Shown in pieces: positions 1 through 11,492 of a stretch of 57,758 nucleotides of DNA. The DNA is taken from positions 323 to 58,080 of the forward strand of contig JAYNVZ010000003.1 of the NCBI GenBank assembly GCA_038101125.1, given 5' to 3'. The position numbers were made by a program, and so were the translations under genes. Within the stretch, counting starts at the first letter, position 1, and each line of letters begins with the position of its first letter. The notes below the pieces were generated by a model. The model made no database searches, was not told where the DNA came from, and saw only the letters and a program-made list of their open reading frames with translations. The DNA is from Gammaproteobacteria bacterium. GTDB lineage: Bacteria; Pseudomonadota; Gammaproteobacteria; GCA-002705445; GCA-002716945.

Positions 1-53
1 GACGCCTAGTATAGGGTGTTCAATTAAATGGAGAGAGTGAGTAGATTTAAATT

Positions 54-2048
54 ATGAATAAGAAAGAGTTTGTTAATGCTGTAAGATTTTTAAGTTTAGA
101 TGCTGTTGAAAAAGCTAAATCTGGTCACCCAGGCGCCCCAATGGGAATGGCAGATATAGCGTATGTTTTATGGAAAAAATTTTTAAATCATAATCCTAAA
201 AATCCTAACTGGATAAATAGGGATAGGTTTGTTCTTTCAAATGGACACGGGTCAATGCTTTTATATTCTCTGTTGCATCTAACAGGTTACGATATCTCAA
301 TTGATGACATTAAAAATTTCAGGCAGTTAAATTCAATCACCCCGGGTCATCCTGAATGTGACATAACGCCTGGTGTTGAGACAACAACTGGGCCTCTCGG
401 GCAGGGTCTCGCGAATGCTGTCGGAATGGCAATAGCCGAGAAATCTCTTGCAGCTGAGTTTAACACAAAAAGTCATATCCTAATTGACCACTATACTTAT
501 GTATTTAGTGGAGATGGATGTTTGATGGAAGGTATTTCTCATGAAGTTTGTTCTCTTGCAGGTACGCTTGGACTGAATAAACTGATAGTAATATATGATA
601 TGAATAATATTTCTATTGACGGTGATACCTCAATAGCTTTTACAGAAAATATTAAAAAAAGGTTTGATTCTTATGGCTGGAATGTTATTGATAACATCAA
701 TGGCCATGATCATAAGTCTATTGAACAATCTATATCACGAGCTAAACGTGAAAGATCTAAGCCAACCATTATATGCATGAAAACAAAGATTGGCTTTGGC
801 TCACCAAACAAAGAAGGTACGAGCGGTGTTCATGGAGCGCCACTTGGTAGCCCTGAAGTACAGTTGACTAGAGATAATCTTAAATGGAATTATAAGCCTT
901 TTGAAATACCTAAATATATATATAAAGAGTGGAGTGCTATAAAATCAGGCTCTATTTTAGAGACAAAATGGAACAAAAGTCTTAAATCATACAAAAAGCT
1001 ACATCCAAAATTATATAGTGAACTTCAAAGAAGATTAGATAATAAGCTACCCCCTAGTCTGACTAAAAAAATTGATACCTTAATATCAAATAATGACAAA
1101 TCTATGGCAACAAGAAAATCGTCGCAGGTTGTATTAGAGAACATAGGTCCTTTGCTACCAGAATTAATTGGAGGTTCTGCTGACCTTAAAGAATCTAATC
1201 TAGTTTTTTGGCCGGAATCAAAACCATTTACCAAGAAAGATCCTACAGGCAAATACATTCATTATGGTGTTCGTGAGTTTGGCATGTGTGCAATAAATAA
1301 TGGTGTTTATTTGCATGGAGGTTTCAGACCATATGCTAGTACATTTTTAATATTTTCTGAATATGCTAAAAATGCTATCAGGATGTCTGCTCTTATGCAT
1401 CTTCCCGTTATTAACGTTTTTACACACGATTCAATCGGCCTTGGAGAGGACGGACCAACGCATCAAGCTGTGGAGCAATTAACATCACTTCGAATAATTC
1501 CAGGAATGAGTGTATGGAGGCCGGCCGATGTTACAGAAACAGCAATGTCCTGGAAATCTTGTTTAGACAAAAAAGACGGACCGTCTTCTCTAGTTTTAAC
1601 TAGACAGTCATTACCAGAATTGAGTAGATCGAAAATCCAAATTCGATCTATTAAAAAAGGTGGTTATATCTTACTAGATTGCAATAAGCCAGCAGATGTA
1701 ATACTTATGTCATCAGGATCAGAAGTACATCTTTGTGTAGATGCTGCGGATAAATTAAAAAAGGATGGTATAGGAGTTAGGGTTGTATCTATTCCATGTC
1801 TTGAGGAGTTTTTATCTCAGTCAAAATCATATAGAAATAGTGTTATTCCTGAAAATTTCAATAATATTATTGCTGTAGAAGCAGGTATTGGAGTTTGCTG
1901 GGATATACTTATTGGTAGAAAAGGCACAAAGATTACAATGGATTCATTTGGTGTTTCAGCTCCAGGAGATATAGCAATGAAACATTTTGGATTTACAACA
2001 TCAAATGTTATAAAACAAACAAAAAAACTAATCAAAAAGAACGGGTAA
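54..2048 (+). CDS. tkt: transketolase
   Basis: 664-aa ORF with transketolase/TPP motifs [49 protein letters not shown]. Confidence 0.95.
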   Translation: MNKKEFVNAVRFLSLDAVEKAKSGHPGAPMGMADIAYVLWKKFLNHNPKNPNWINRDRFVLSNGHGSMLLYSLLHLTGYDISIDDIKNFRQLNSITPGHPECDITPGVETTTGPLGQGLANAVGMAIAEKSLAAEFNTKSHILIDHYTYVFSGDGCLMEGISHEVCSLAGTLGLNKLIVIYDMNNISIDGDTSIAFTENIKKRFDSYGWNVIDNINGHDHKSIEQSISRAKRERSKPTIICMKTKIGFGSPNKEGTSGVHGAPLGSPEVQLTRDNLKWNYKPFEIPKYIYKEWSAIKSGSILETKWNKSLKSYKKLHPKLYSELQRRLDNKLPPSLTKKIDTLISNNDKSMATRKSSQVVLENIGPLLPELIGGSADLKESNLVFWPESKPFTKKDPTGKYIHYGVREFGMCAINNGVYLHGGFRPYASTFLIFSEYAKNAIRMSALMHLPVINVFTHDSIGLGEDGPTHQAVEQLTSLRIIPGMSVWRPADVTETAMSWKSCLDKKDGPSSLVLTRQSLPELSRSKIQIRSIKKGGYILLDCNKPADVILMSSGSEVHLCVDAADKLKKDGIGVRVVSIPCLEEFLSQSKSYRNSVIPENFNNIIAVEAGIGVCWDILIGRKGTKITMDSFGVSAPGDIAMKHFGFTTSNVIKQTKKLIKKNG

Positions 2049-2052
2049 CAGT

Positions 2053-3063
2053 ATGACTATAAATATAGCAATAAATGGATTTGGCAGAATTGGTAGGAAT
2101 GTTTTTAGAGCCAATTATGAAAGTGGTAATAATAATGAAATAAAAATCGTCGCCATAAATGATTTGGGAGACACAAAAATCAATGCACATCTTCTAAAAT
2201 ATGATACTGCACATGGACCATTCGATAAAAGTGTCCAGATTAAGGATGACAAAATCGTTATTGATAATAAAGATGAGGTGCTTGTTTTAAGTGAGAGAGA
2301 CCCATCTAAATTACCTTGGAAAGATCTTGGCATTGATGTAGTAATGGAGTGTACTGGATTCTTTGCATCAAAAGAAAAGTCAATGAGCCACATTGATGCA
2401 GGAGCTAAAAAAGTATTAATATCAGCACCAGCCGCAAATGTTGATGCCACCATCGTATATGGTGTTAATCATGAAATATTAAATGACTCACATCAGATTG
2501 TTTCTAATGCTTCTTGTACAACGAACTGTCTTGCGCCGCTTATTAAAAATATACATGATAATCTAACTGTTGAAAGCGGGATTATGACTACAATACATTC
2601 CTATACAAATGATCAAGTTTTAACTGATGTTTATCACTCTGATCTAAGAAGAGCAAGATCAGCTACACAATCTATGATACCTGCAAAAACAGGAGCTGCT
2701 TCAGCAGTAGGCTTAGTTCTTCCAGAATTAAATGGAAAGTTAGACGGCTTTGCAATAAGAGTGCCAACAATAAATGTATCTCTTGTAGATTTATGCATTA
2801 ATGTTAAAAAAGAGTCATCTCTAGATGAAATAAATTCTATTATAAAAAAAGCATCAGAAAATGAATTATCTGGCATTCTTGGTTATAACTCTGAACCTTT
2901 AGTATCGATTGATTTCAATCATTCATCTTTTTCTTCTGTATATGATGAGAGCTTATCCAGAGTTATGAATAACAAATTTTTTAAAATATGTTCTTGGTAT
3001 GATAACGAATGGGGATTTTCTAATAGAATGTTAGATGTTGCTAAGATTTTAGCAAGAAACTAA
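2053..3063 (+). CDS. gap: glyceraldehyde-3-phosphate dehydrogenase
   Basis: NAD-binding INGFGRIGR, catalytic [13 protein letters not shown]-terminal WYDNEWGFS; 4 nt after tkt stop. Confidence 0.95.
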   Translation: MTINIAINGFGRIGRNVFRANYESGNNNEIKIVAINDLGDTKINAHLLKYDTAHGPFDKSVQIKDDKIVIDNKDEVLVLSERDPSKLPWKDLGIDVVMECTGFFASKEKSMSHIDAGAKKVLISAPAANVDATIVYGVNHEILNDSHQIVSNASCTTNCLAPLIKNIHDNLTVESGIMTTIHSYTNDQVLTDVYHSDLRRARSATQSMIPAKTGAASAVGLVLPELNGKLDGFAIRVPTINVSLVDLCINVKKESSLDEINSIIKKASENELSGILGYNSEPLVSIDFNHSSFSSVYDESLSRVMNNKFFKICSWYDNEWGFSNRMLDVAKILARN

Positions 3064-4223
3064 TGATGCAGAAGTCAAATAAATTAGAAATATATAACAA
3101 GAATGTTCTATTACGTTTAGATTTAAATGTACCAGTATTTGAGGGCAAGATATTAAGTAATTATAGGATCTCAAAATGCGTTCCTACGATAAAGAATCTT
3201 ATATCTAACAACAACAAAGTAATTATATTATCTCATTTTGGTAGACCTGAAGAAGGTAGCTATAATGAATCTCTTAGCCTTAAAATTATTCTTAACTCTC
3301 TTGAGCAATTGATTGGAGAGAAAGTAACCTTTTCTAAAGATTGGATCGATGGCATTGAGTTTAATGGCAACAATATCGTGTTATGCGAGAATGTCAGATT
3401 TCAGGAGGGAGAGAAAGAAAACTCTCCTATATTGGCTAAAAAAATATCAGATCTAGGCGATGTATATGTATTTGATGCATTTGGTGTGTCACATCGTAAA
3501 ACAGCATCAACGTATGGTGTATCAGAATATCTTGAGACATTTGCAGGTGATTTATTAAAAGATGAGATCATGAATGCAAAAAAACTCTTGTCATCGCAGA
3601 AAAGACCTATGACGACAATTATATCAGGAGCTAAAATTTCAACTAAATTAACTCTAATTAAAAAGTTAATATCTAAGTCAGATAATATAATCCTTGGCGG
3701 AGGGATACTCAACACTTTCTTAAAGGCAATGGGGCATGAGATCGGAAATTCTCTCATTGAAGAAAGTTTTGTAGACGAAGCAAAAGAAATACTAAATAGC
3801 GATGATTTAAACAAAATACTAATGCCTATAGATGTCATGGTATCCTCAAGTTCCAATCTTGGTAACCCTGAGACAAGAGAGATATCTATGGTACAATCAA
3901 ATGATAAGATATTAGATATAGGCAAAAAAACCATAGACTGTTATAATGAAGTCATTACAGAATCATCAACAATTTTTTGGAATGGTCCTTTAGGTTACGT
4001 TGAAAAATCTCCATATGATAATGGTACTATTAATATTTCCAAGGCCATTGCATCTTCACAAGCTTATTCTCTTGTAGGTGGTGGGGATACAATACCTATT
4101 ATTGAAAGTTTAAAACTTCAAAATAAATTTTCATGTTTATCAACTGGTGGAGGATCTCTGTTAAAATTTATAGAAGGTGAAAAATTACCTGTGTTAGAGA
4201 TGCTTGGGATGTATGAATTATGA
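3063..4223 (+). CDS. pgk: phosphoglycerate kinase
   Basis: Motifs RLDLNVP, SHFGRP, FWNGPLGYVE, GGGDT; start overlaps gap stop by 1 nt. Confidence 0.93.
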   Translation: MMQKSNKLEIYNKNVLLRLDLNVPVFEGKILSNYRISKCVPTIKNLISNNNKVIILSHFGRPEEGSYNESLSLKIILNSLEQLIGEKVTFSKDWIDGIEFNGNNIVLCENVRFQEGEKENSPILAKKISDLGDVYVFDAFGVSHRKTASTYGVSEYLETFAGDLLKDEIMNAKKLLSSQKRPMTTIISGAKISTKLTLIKKLISKSDNIILGGGILNTFLKAMGHEIGNSLIEESFVDEAKEILNSDDLNKILMPIDVMVSSSSNLGNPETREISMVQSNDKILDIGKKTIDCYNEVITESSTIFWNGPLGYVEKSPYDNGTINISKAIASSQAYSLVGGGDTIPIIESLKLQNKFSCLSTGGGSLLKFIEGEKLPVLEMLGMYEL

Positions 4224-5656
4224 GAAAAAGAACTAAAATAATTGCCACACTAGGACCAGCATCTTCCTCTCCTAAGAGCATTTCAAACTTAATCAAAGAA
4301 GGCACCGACGTATTTAGAATTAATTTGTCTCATGCAAATGTCAACGAAATAGAGAAGATTATTAATATACTAAAAAATGCATCTTTAAAACTAAAAAGAC
4401 CTGTGGCGACTCTAATTGATTTACAAGGGCAAAAGATAAGAATCAAAGGTTTTTCTGATAAAGAATATATTCTACTTAAGACTAAAAGTGAATTTATTTT
4501 AGATGCAGTTCTGGCCGATAATAAAGGAACTGATAAGTCCGTTGGGTTGACGTATAAGGATTTGCCAAAACAACTTGAAATTGGTGATGAGCTACTTTTG
4601 AGCGATGCACTAATTAAGCTAGAAGTCACTAAAATTGAAAAATCTAAAATTTACACAAAAGTAATTCGTGGTGGCAAACTTAAGCCTTATCAAGGTGTAA
4701 ATAAAAAAGGCGGCGGCTTATCTTTAAAAGGAATAACAGAAAAAGATAAAAAAGACCTAGCTAAAGCCGTAAAACTCGATATTGATTATGTTGCAGTTTC
4801 TTTTGTAAAAGACGCCGATGATATCAAGGCTGTCAAAAAAGTTATTGGGAAAAAACAAATTGGTATTATTGCAAAAATTGAAAGAAGCGAAGCGTTAGAA
4901 GATATTGACCAAATTGCAAAAGTAAGCGATGGTCTTCTTGTAGCAAGGGGAGATCTAGGGGTAGAAATTGGGATCGAACAACTACCAGCTGTTCAAGATA
5001 TGTTAATTCGCAAAGCTATGTCATTTGATAAAATTGTAATAGTTGCTACACAAATGATGGAATCGATGATAAATAACAGAGTGCCAACTCGAGCTGAGGT
5101 TTTCGATGTTGCAAATGCTGTAACGTCAGGTGTAGATGCAGTTATGCTATCTGCCGAAACTGCGATTGGGAGCTATCCTATCGATGTTATTCAAGAAGTT
5201 AGTAGAATATGTGAAGCTGCTGAAAAAACAAATAGAAAAAATCTCAAAATCAATAGAACAGAAACAAACTTTAGAAAAGTAGACCAAACTATTGCTATGG
5301 CGGCAGTTTATTGCGCAGGTAAATCAAATATTAAGGCAATAGCAACCTTGACAGAGACGGGCTCTACTCCACTATGGATGTCTAGAATAGAATCAACTAT
5401 ACCGATTTATGCGATGACAAAAAATGACAGAACTAGTCGTCGAATTTGTCTACTTAAGGGTGTCTATTCAATAAAACTTGACGATATAGAGTATGTCCAT
5501 GCAAAAGCCAACAAACAAGTGGTAGATCTTATGTTGGAGAAAGGTGCTGTGAAAAAAGGTGATTTTGTAATAATAACAAAAGGTGATTTAATGGGGACTA
5601 GTGGTGGTACTAATGCTATGAAAATTGTTGAAGTTGGCAATTTGATAGAGGTGTAA
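4220..5656 (+). CDS. pyk: pyruvate kinase
   Basis: KIIATLGPAS, VARGDLGVEIG, MLSAETA motifs; ATGA overlap with pgk stop. Confidence 0.93.
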   Translation: MRKRTKIIATLGPASSSPKSISNLIKEGTDVFRINLSHANVNEIEKIINILKNASLKLKRPVATLIDLQGQKIRIKGFSDKEYILLKTKSEFILDAVLADNKGTDKSVGLTYKDLPKQLEIGDELLLSDALIKLEVTKIEKSKIYTKVIRGGKLKPYQGVNKKGGGLSLKGITEKDKKDLAKAVKLDIDYVAVSFVKDADDIKAVKKVIGKKQIGIIAKIERSEALEDIDQIAKVSDGLLVARGDLGVEIGIEQLPAVQDMLIRKAMSFDKIVIVATQMMESMINNRVPTRAEVFDVANAVTSGVDAVMLSAETAIGSYPIDVIQEVSRICEAAEKTNRKNLKINRTETNFRKVDQTIAMAAVYCAGKSNIKAIATLTETGSTPLWMSRIESTIPIYAMTKNDRTSRRICLLKGVYSIKLDDIEYVHAKANKQVVDLMLEKGAVKKGDFVIITKGDLMGTSGGTNAMKIVEVGNLIEV

Positions 5657-5702
5657 TAAAATAAAGATATTTTTAATTTAATAATTATAACTTGGAGTGA
5701 AA

Positions 5703-6698
5703 ATGAATAAAGAAATACTTAAATCTACAGCAGAACAAATGATGCAAAAACCCAAAGGTTTGTTGGCGATGGATGAAAGTTCTCCAACTTGTGCAAAAAG
5801 ATTTGCAGCTTTGAATATACCCGAAACTGAAGAAAATAGAATAAAGTATAGACAGTTAATTGTTACAACGCCTAAACTATCGGAATATATAAGTGGGGCA
5901 ATATTATTCGATGAAACTTTCCATCAAAAAATGAGCACAGGTGTCTTGTTCAGAGATCACTTGAAAGAAGTAGGTATTTTGCCTGGTATAAAAGTTGATG
6001 CTGGAGCAAAAGACTTTTCAGAGCACCCGAATGAAAAAATAACAGAAGGACTTGATGGCTTAAGAGAAAGACTTGTAAAATATGAATCACTTGGAGCAAA
6101 GTTCTGTAAGTGGAGAGCGGTGATTACCATTGGACAAGATATCCCAAGCACATCTTGTATTAGATCTAATTGTAATGCTTTAGCGAGATATGCATCTTTA
6201 TGCCAAGAAAACGATTTAGTTCCCATAGTCGAACCTGAAGTCCTTATAAATGGTGATCATTCAATAGAAACATGTGACAAAGTTACAAGAGAGACTCTTA
6301 AATGTCTCTTTGACGAACTAATGACTATTAATATTTATTACCCAGGTGTTATTTTAAAACCAAGTATGGTTATTTCAGGAGACAAGAACTCTAAACGTGC
6401 TAATTATGAAACTGTCGCAGAAATGACAGTGAATTGTTTAAAAGAAATGTGTCCAAATGATCTTGGCGGCATAGCGTTTTTATCTGGTGGTCAATCTAAT
6501 GATGAGGCAACTAATCATTTGAGAATTATGAACTCTGGAAATTTTGATTTACCTTGGAGAGTTACATTTTCTTACGCAAGGGCTATACAACAGTCGGCCC
6601 TCAATAAATGGTCTGGTAAAGATGAAAATCATGATGAGGCTCAAGCTATATTAAGTGAAAGAGCAAAAAAATGCTCAGATGCTTCTATAGGCAATTAA
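5703..6698 (+). CDS. fba: fructose-bisphosphate aldolase, class I (Schiff-base type)
   Basis: GLLAMDES, ILKPSMV (active-site Lys context), FLSGGQS, FSYARA. GGAG lies 5 nt upstream of ATG 5703; the track ORF begins at an in-frame GTG at 5697. Confidence 0.85.
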   Translation: MNKEILKSTAEQMMQKPKGLLAMDESSPTCAKRFAALNIPETEENRIKYRQLIVTTPKLSEYISGAILFDETFHQKMSTGVLFRDHLKEVGILPGIKVDAGAKDFSEHPNEKITEGLDGLRERLVKYESLGAKFCKWRAVITIGQDIPSTSCIRSNCNALARYASLCQENDLVPIVEPEVLINGDHSIETCDKVTRETLKCLFDELMTINIYYPGVILKPSMVISGDKNSKRANYETVAEMTVNCLKEMCPNDLGGIAFLSGGQSNDEATNHLRIMNSGNFDLPWRVTFSYARAIQQSALNKWSGKDENHDEAQAILSERAKKCSDASIGN

Positions 6699-7366
6699 GC
6701 TAATATTATTTTTATTAATTTTTTAAACTCTCTATCATTGTCCTCTTTCTTATTCAAAATCTGTATTAAAGGGACTTTTGTTAGTGATTTAATTTCTTGA
6801 TAGTTATTCATGCCGTCAGGTTGGGAGCTGACTTTTCGGTTTAAGACTATAGCTAATACTTTAATCTTATATTTCAGTATCATACTCAGGCTTAAAATTA
6901 CATTATTGATCACACCTATTTCATCTTTAGCAACTAGCACTGTCGAAACTTTAGCTTTTCTAATTAAATCAATATTATATCCATCAGGAGCTAATGGAGA
7001 ACAAAGCCCACCTGCTCCTTCAATGATAGTTAAATCACTATTAGGTAAGTCTTTCAATTTAGATAGATAGTGATTGATAGTCACTTTTCTCTTGGACCTT
7101 TTAATAGCTGCAGCAGGTGATATAGGCTCTAGAAATCTATATGGATTAATTTGATCTAGTGCTATTTTTTTGTTTATGGCTCTAAAATATATCATGGAAT
7201 CACGAGGTATTAACTTTAATGATTTTTCTATACAACCTGTCTCAACGGGTTTATATGGGCTTACTGAATAACCTTTTAATTGAATACGCTCAATAAGATT
7301 TTTCGTTACGAATGTTTTTCCTACTTCTGTATTAGTGCCAGTTATGAATACTTTCTTATTCATCAT
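6695..7366 (-). CDS. bioD: dethiobiotin synthase
   Basis: N-terminal P-loop ITGTNTEVGKT, YKPVETGC, IEGAGGL; 3' end overlaps fba stop by 4 nt. Confidence 0.85.
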   Translation of the reverse strand: MMNKKVFITGTNTEVGKTFVTKNLIERIQLKGYSVSPYKPVETGCIEKSLKLIPRDSMIYFRAINKKIALDQINPYRFLEPISPAAAIKRSKRKVTINHYLSKLKDLPNSDLTIIEGAGGLCSPLAPDGYNIDLIRKAKVSTVLVAKDEIGVINNVILSLSMILKYKIKVLAIVLNRKVSSQPDGMNNYQEIKSLTKVPLIQILNKKEDNDREFKKLIKIILA

Positions 7367-8207
7367 CTGTAATTAATTTATATGCAGTATTGTATTTTGA
7401 TATGATATTCTTCTTTATATTATCAGGTATTTGTATTTGCTCATTATCCCAATTACTTTTAATTAGGTAATCTCTAAAGAATTGCTTATCAAAAGCATCA
7501 TAGTTTATTTTTCCAAGCTTATTATCATACAGCCAAAATCTTGAACAGTCGGGTGTAAATATTTCATCTATCAATAGCAAGTTACCCTCTTTGTCCATGC
7601 CGAATTCAAATTTTGTGTCGGCTATAATAACACCTCTTTCTAGCGCATAACGATATGCATAATTATACAATGCAAGACTAATTCTTGATATCTCATCTGC
7701 CAACTGTTTGCCTATTATTTTATCCATCTCTGCTTTGCTAATATTAATATCTTTATCTCCTACATCAGCCTTGGTTGATGGTGTAAAAATGGGCTTATTT
7801 AGCTTTTCATATTTATCGAGTTTGTCTTCAGTGATTTCCCCATTAATCATTTTATTTTCTTTATATGTTTCCCATGCTGATCCAGCTAAGTGACCTCTCA
7901 CAATAGCTTCTATAGGCACTACTTTTGTTTTCGTTACAACCATACACCTTTCTTTCAGTTTTGAAGACAGATCAAAGGGGGTTTCACATAAATGATTTTT
8001 GACAATATGCTTTGTCTTGTCGAACCAAAACTTTGCCATCTTAGTTAACACTATGCCTTTGTCAATTACTGGGTCATCAAATGTAAAATCAAATGCAGAT
8101 ATCCTATCACTTGTATAGATCAGTAACTTATCATTATCGAGGACGTATATATCTCTAACTTTCCCTTTAAAGGCAAGTTCATATGCCTGAGATAAATCAT
8201 TGATCAT
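7356..8207 (-). CDS. purC: phosphoribosylaminoimidazole-succinocarboxamide (SAICAR) synthase
   Basis: GKVRDIY, TSDRISAFD, ADTKFEFG motifs; overlaps bioD start by 11 nt. Confidence 0.92.
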   Translation of the reverse strand: MINDLSQAYELAFKGKVRDIYVLDNDKLLIYTSDRISAFDFTFDDPVIDKGIVLTKMAKFWFDKTKHIVKNHLCETPFDLSSKLKERCMVVTKTKVVPIEAIVRGHLAGSAWETYKENKMINGEITEDKLDKYEKLNKPIFTPSTKADVGDKDINISKAEMDKIIGKQLADEISRISLALYNYAYRYALERGVIIADTKFEFGMDKEGNLLLIDEIFTPDCSRFWLYDNKLGKINYDAFDKQFFRDYLIKSNWDNEQIQIPDNIKKNIISKYNTAYKLITDDE

Positions 8208-8213
8208 TTCATT

Positions 8214-8663
8214 TTATTCCATAGAAGAGAAATAATCTGAAAATCTACTTTTATTAGTAGCAAATTTAGATTCTTCTTCAATTGCAAATTTTTTAGCTTG
8301 ATCTTTATTGACGTTACTATCGCCGACTACGATCAACCCTACCATTCCCAATATATAGTGTGGTGTGCATTTATAACCGTAGATGCCTTCAACATCAAAT
8401 TTTACTGAAACTTCTTCATTCATTTTTCCATTCCATGAACTTCCTCCTGCGGGAGTCATTTCATCGATTGAGACAGTATTATGTCCGGGATTTGCATTTA
8501 CCCATTTGACTGTATCACCAGGTTTAATTTTAAGAACTGGTGGCTCAAAGACCATCATTTCACCCTTGTTAGAGCTTAACATTTTGACTTCATGTTCAGC
8601 AGCTTCAATAATTGTTGTCACACTTAAGCACAAAGCTAGCGCAAGAATTTTAATATTATCCAT
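8214..8663 (-). CDS. pseudoazurin-type blue copper protein (cupredoxin), secreted
   Basis: Signal peptide ending AAEHE. Type-1 Cu ligand pattern PGHN ... CTPHYILGM (His, Cys, His, Met). AGGAG 8 nt upstream of the ATG on the minus strand. Confidence 0.75.
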   Translation of the reverse strand: MDNIKILALALCLSVTTIIEAAEHEVKMLSSNKGEMMVFEPPVLKIKPGDTVKWVNANPGHNTVSIDEMTPAGGSSWNGKMNEEVSVKFDVEGIYGYKCTPHYILGMVGLIVVGDSNVNKDQAKKFAIEEESKFATNKSRFSDYFSSME

Positions 8664-8685
8664 TATATTACTCCTTTAATGTTAC

Positions 8686-8694
8686 TGATATAAT
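8686..8694 (+). promoter_or_regulatory. candidate extended -10 promoter element (TGaTATAAT) facing rpe
   Basis: Exact TGnTATAAT at 8686-8694, about 72 nt upstream of the rpe ATG, embedded in the 13-bp palindrome TGATAT-A-ATATCA (8686-8698). No convincing -35. AT-rich background makes chance hits likely. Confidence 0.35.
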
Positions 8695-8765
8695 ATCATG
8701 AAAATTATAATATAATTAATAACTCTGTTAACATATAACCATTATTAAATTAGGTTTAGGCTAAT

Positions 8766-9437
8766 ATGAAAGATTACAAAATAGCTCCATCTATTCTCTC
8801 TGCAGATTTTTCAAGACTTGGGGAAGATGTTGAAAAGGTTATAAATTCCGGCGCTGATATTATACATTTTGATGTCATGGATAATCACTATGTTCCTAAT
8901 TTGACATTTGGGCCGATGGTTTGCGCTGCATTAAGAGATTATGGTATAACTAGCCCGATTGATGTTCATCTTATGATCAAGCCAGTAGACCGGATCATTC
9001 CTGACTTTGCAAAAGCTGGTGCTGACTATATAACATTCCATCCAGAAGCTAGCGATCATATCGATAGAACAGTTGGCTTAATTAATGAGCATGATTGTAA
9101 AGCTGGAATAGTGCTAAATCCTGCAACGCCACTAAGTTATCTCGAACATTGTTTAAATAAATTAGACATGGTTTTATTAATGTCCGTAAATCCTGGTTTC
9201 CCGGGTCAAAAGTTTATTGAGGGAACATACAACAAGATTTCTTTAGTAAGAGAATTAATTGATAAAACTGGTAAAGACATAAGATTAGAGGTTGATGGAG
9301 GTATTAATTTGGATAATATTGCCAAAGTTGCCTCAGCAGGTGCCGATACATTTGTTGCAGGATCATCAATTTTTAATTCTAAAGATTATGAAAAAACAAT
9401 AAAATCAATGAGAGATCTTTTGAGTCAAGTCTCATAA
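8766..9437 (+). CDS. rpe: ribulose-phosphate 3-epimerase
   Basis: [41 protein letters not shown] motifs. Confidence 0.95.
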   Translation: MKDYKIAPSILSADFSRLGEDVEKVINSGADIIHFDVMDNHYVPNLTFGPMVCAALRDYGITSPIDVHLMIKPVDRIIPDFAKAGADYITFHPEASDHIDRTVGLINEHDCKAGIVLNPATPLSYLEHCLNKLDMVLLMSVNPGFPGQKFIEGTYNKISLVRELIDKTGKDIRLEVDGGINLDNIAKVASAGADTFVAGSSIFNSKDYEKTIKSMRDLLSQVS

Positions 9438-9449
9438 AATCTAGTATCA

Positions 9450-10934
9450 ATGACAGAGAAAGAGTTTATAGACTATATTAATCAAGGGTATAATTTAATA
9501 CCATTATCATTATCAATCAAAAATAGTAATATTGATCCAATTGATGTTTATGAGTTGTTATCTGATAAACCAAAAACGTATCTTTTTGAGTCTCTAGAGG
9601 GTAATAAAGATTGGAGTCGTTATACAATAATTGGTTTGCCATCGGATGAATATATTGAAATACATCATAATACAATTAATCATTATAAGAATGATGATAA
9701 AATAAATTCTTTGGAGAGTAATGATCCAATTAGCTGGATTGAAGAATTTCAGGCTGGTTTTAAAGCCATACAAGATCCTGGCCTACCTAACTTTCAAGGA
9801 GGCTTGGTAGGATTTTTTGGTTTTGATACAATTCAATACTTTGAGCCAACATTAAATTTCAAACTTCAAGATGATCTCATGAAGACACCAGATATTTGTT
9901 TGATGGTATCTAGGGAGATTCTAATCTTTGACAAAATTAATAATTTGATCCACATACTTGTATATGCTGATAATTCTATAGAAAGCTATAAATCATGTTC
10001 AGAAAAGATTGAAGGTCTTAAAGAATATCTGATTAACTTTGAGTCAACAGGTTCTACAAATGATCCCTCTACCCAGGATGTCGATATTAAAATTCATCAT
10101 CATTTTGAGAAAAAAAAATTTATTAAATCTATAGATAAAATCAAAAGGTATATTGTTAACGGCGATGCTATGCAAGTGGTTCTATCTCAGAGAATGTCCC
10201 TTGATTTTCAGGGAAAGCCAATAAGTTTCTATCGTGAATTGCGAGAACTCAATCCATCTCCATATATGTATTATTTAAACATGGGTGATTATTATATAGT
10301 CGGCTCATCACCAGAAATCTTAGTGAGGCTTGAAGATGGTTTAATTACAGTTAGACCTATAGCGGGAACAAGACCTCGAGGCATTAATGATAATCAGGAT
10401 AGTCTTTTTGAAGAGGAGTTACTGAATGATCCAAAAGAGAAAGCAGAGCATCTAATGCTTATTGATTTAGGAAGAAATGATGCTGGTAAAGTTTCAAAAA
10501 TTGGGTCAATAAAATTAACCGATACAATGATTATTGAAAAATACTCTCATGTGATGCATATGGTTTCAAATGTAACAGGGGAGCTATCAAATAATCTTGG
10601 TATGATTGATGTTTTAAAATCAACTTTCCCTGCAGGGACTGTCTCTGGAGCACCCAAAATAAGAGCTATAGAGATTATCTATGAGCAAGAAGATATCAGA
10701 CGAGGTATATATGCTGGTGCGGTGGGATATTTAGGGTGGAACGGTAACATGGATACGGCCATAGCGATAAGAACATCTGTAATTAAAAATGATAAACTAT
10801 ACATTCAATGTGGAGCTGGAATAGTAAATGATTCTGTTGCAGAATTGGAGTGGGAAGAAACCATGAACAAGGGCAAAGCAATAATACAAGCATACAAGAA
10901 TTTAAGGAAAAAAATATATGATACTAATGATTGA
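9450..10934 (+). CDS. trpE: anthranilate synthase component I
   Basis: 494 aa; [36 protein letters not shown]; starts 12 nt after rpe. Confidence 0.93.
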   Translation: MTEKEFIDYINQGYNLIPLSLSIKNSNIDPIDVYELLSDKPKTYLFESLEGNKDWSRYTIIGLPSDEYIEIHHNTINHYKNDDKINSLESNDPISWIEEFQAGFKAIQDPGLPNFQGGLVGFFGFDTIQYFEPTLNFKLQDDLMKTPDICLMVSREILIFDKINNLIHILVYADNSIESYKSCSEKIEGLKEYLINFESTGSTNDPSTQDVDIKIHHHFEKKKFIKSIDKIKRYIVNGDAMQVVLSQRMSLDFQGKPISFYRELRELNPSPYMYYLNMGDYYIVGSSPEILVRLEDGLITVRPIAGTRPRGINDNQDSLFEEELLNDPKEKAEHLMLIDLGRNDAGKVSKIGSIKLTDTMIIEKYSHVMHMVSNVTGELSNNLGMIDVLKSTFPAGTVSGAPKIRAIEIIYEQEDIRRGIYAGAVGYLGWNGNMDTAIAIRTSVIKNDKLYIQCGAGIVNDSVAELEWEETMNKGKAIIQAYKNLRKKIYDTND

Positions 10935-11490
10935 TAATTATGACTCATTTACATATAACATAGTCCAGTACTTTGGAGAATTAGGTGAAAATCTTATAGT
11001 TTTTAGAAATGATCAAATAACTATAGACAAGATTATAGATTTGAAACCAGATAAAATAATTATTTCGCCAGGACCTTGTACTCCGAATGAAGCTGGAATA
11101 TCCATTGATGTAGTTAAAAACTTTTATAAATCCACTCCAATACTGGGAGTATGTCTTGGACATCAGAGCATAGGGCAAGCTTTTGGTGGTAATATTATTT
11201 CAGCTAAAAAAATTATGCATGGTAAAATATCTCCCATAAAACATAATGATTCTAGAATGTATACTGATATTTCTAACCCCTTTAATGCAACCCGATATCA
11301 TTCTTTGGTTATAGAGAGGCCATCCTTGCCTAACTGCTTAAATATAACTGCTTGGACGGAAGAAGATAATGATATTGAAATTATGGGCATAGAACATAAA
11401 GAATATCCAACATATGGCTTACAGTTTCATCCAGAGTCTATACTAACTACATCAGGTCATCAGTTATTAAAAAACTTTTTGGAAATATAA
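10918..11490 (+). CDS. trpG: anthranilate synthase component II (glutamine amidotransferase)
   Basis: [10 protein letters not shown], nucleophile motif GVCLGHQ, LQFHPES; overlaps trpE by 17 nt. Confidence 0.93.
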   Translation: MILMIDNYDSFTYNIVQYFGELGENLIVFRNDQITIDKIIDLKPDKIIISPGPCTPNEAGISIDVVKNFYKSTPILGVCLGHQSIGQAFGGNIISAKKIMHGKISPIKHNDSRMYTDISNPFNATRYHSLVIERPSLPNCLNITAWTEEDNDIEIMGIEHKEYPTYGLQFHPESILTTSGHQLLKNFLEI

Positions 11491-11492
11491 AA

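Noticed and set aside
3401-3934. Long antisense ORFs in the track that lie wholly inside confident genes. Examples: 177 aa in pgk, 112 aa in gap, 104 aa at the trpC end, 103 aa at the trpG/trpD junction, 101 aa in lgt, 100 aa in the 2-hydroxyacid dehydrogenase, 99 aa in pyk and 98 aa in the cupredoxin gene.
   Set aside because: Their translations are Ser/Ile/Leu/Phe-rich with no recognisable motifs, start signals or independent spacing. The pgk example sits in the antisense frame where stops need a sense Tyr/His/Gln codon preceded by a T- or C-ending codon, so long shadow ORFs are expected there.
8686-8698. Fur-box reading of the palindrome TGATATAATATCA upstream of the cupredoxin gene, which would suggest an iron-sparing switch to a copper carrier.
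   Set aside because: Each arm is one base shorter than the 7-1-7 Fur motif (TGATAAT-N-ATTATCA). The sequence is explained equally well as an extended -10 element. AT-rich palindromes are frequent here by chance.
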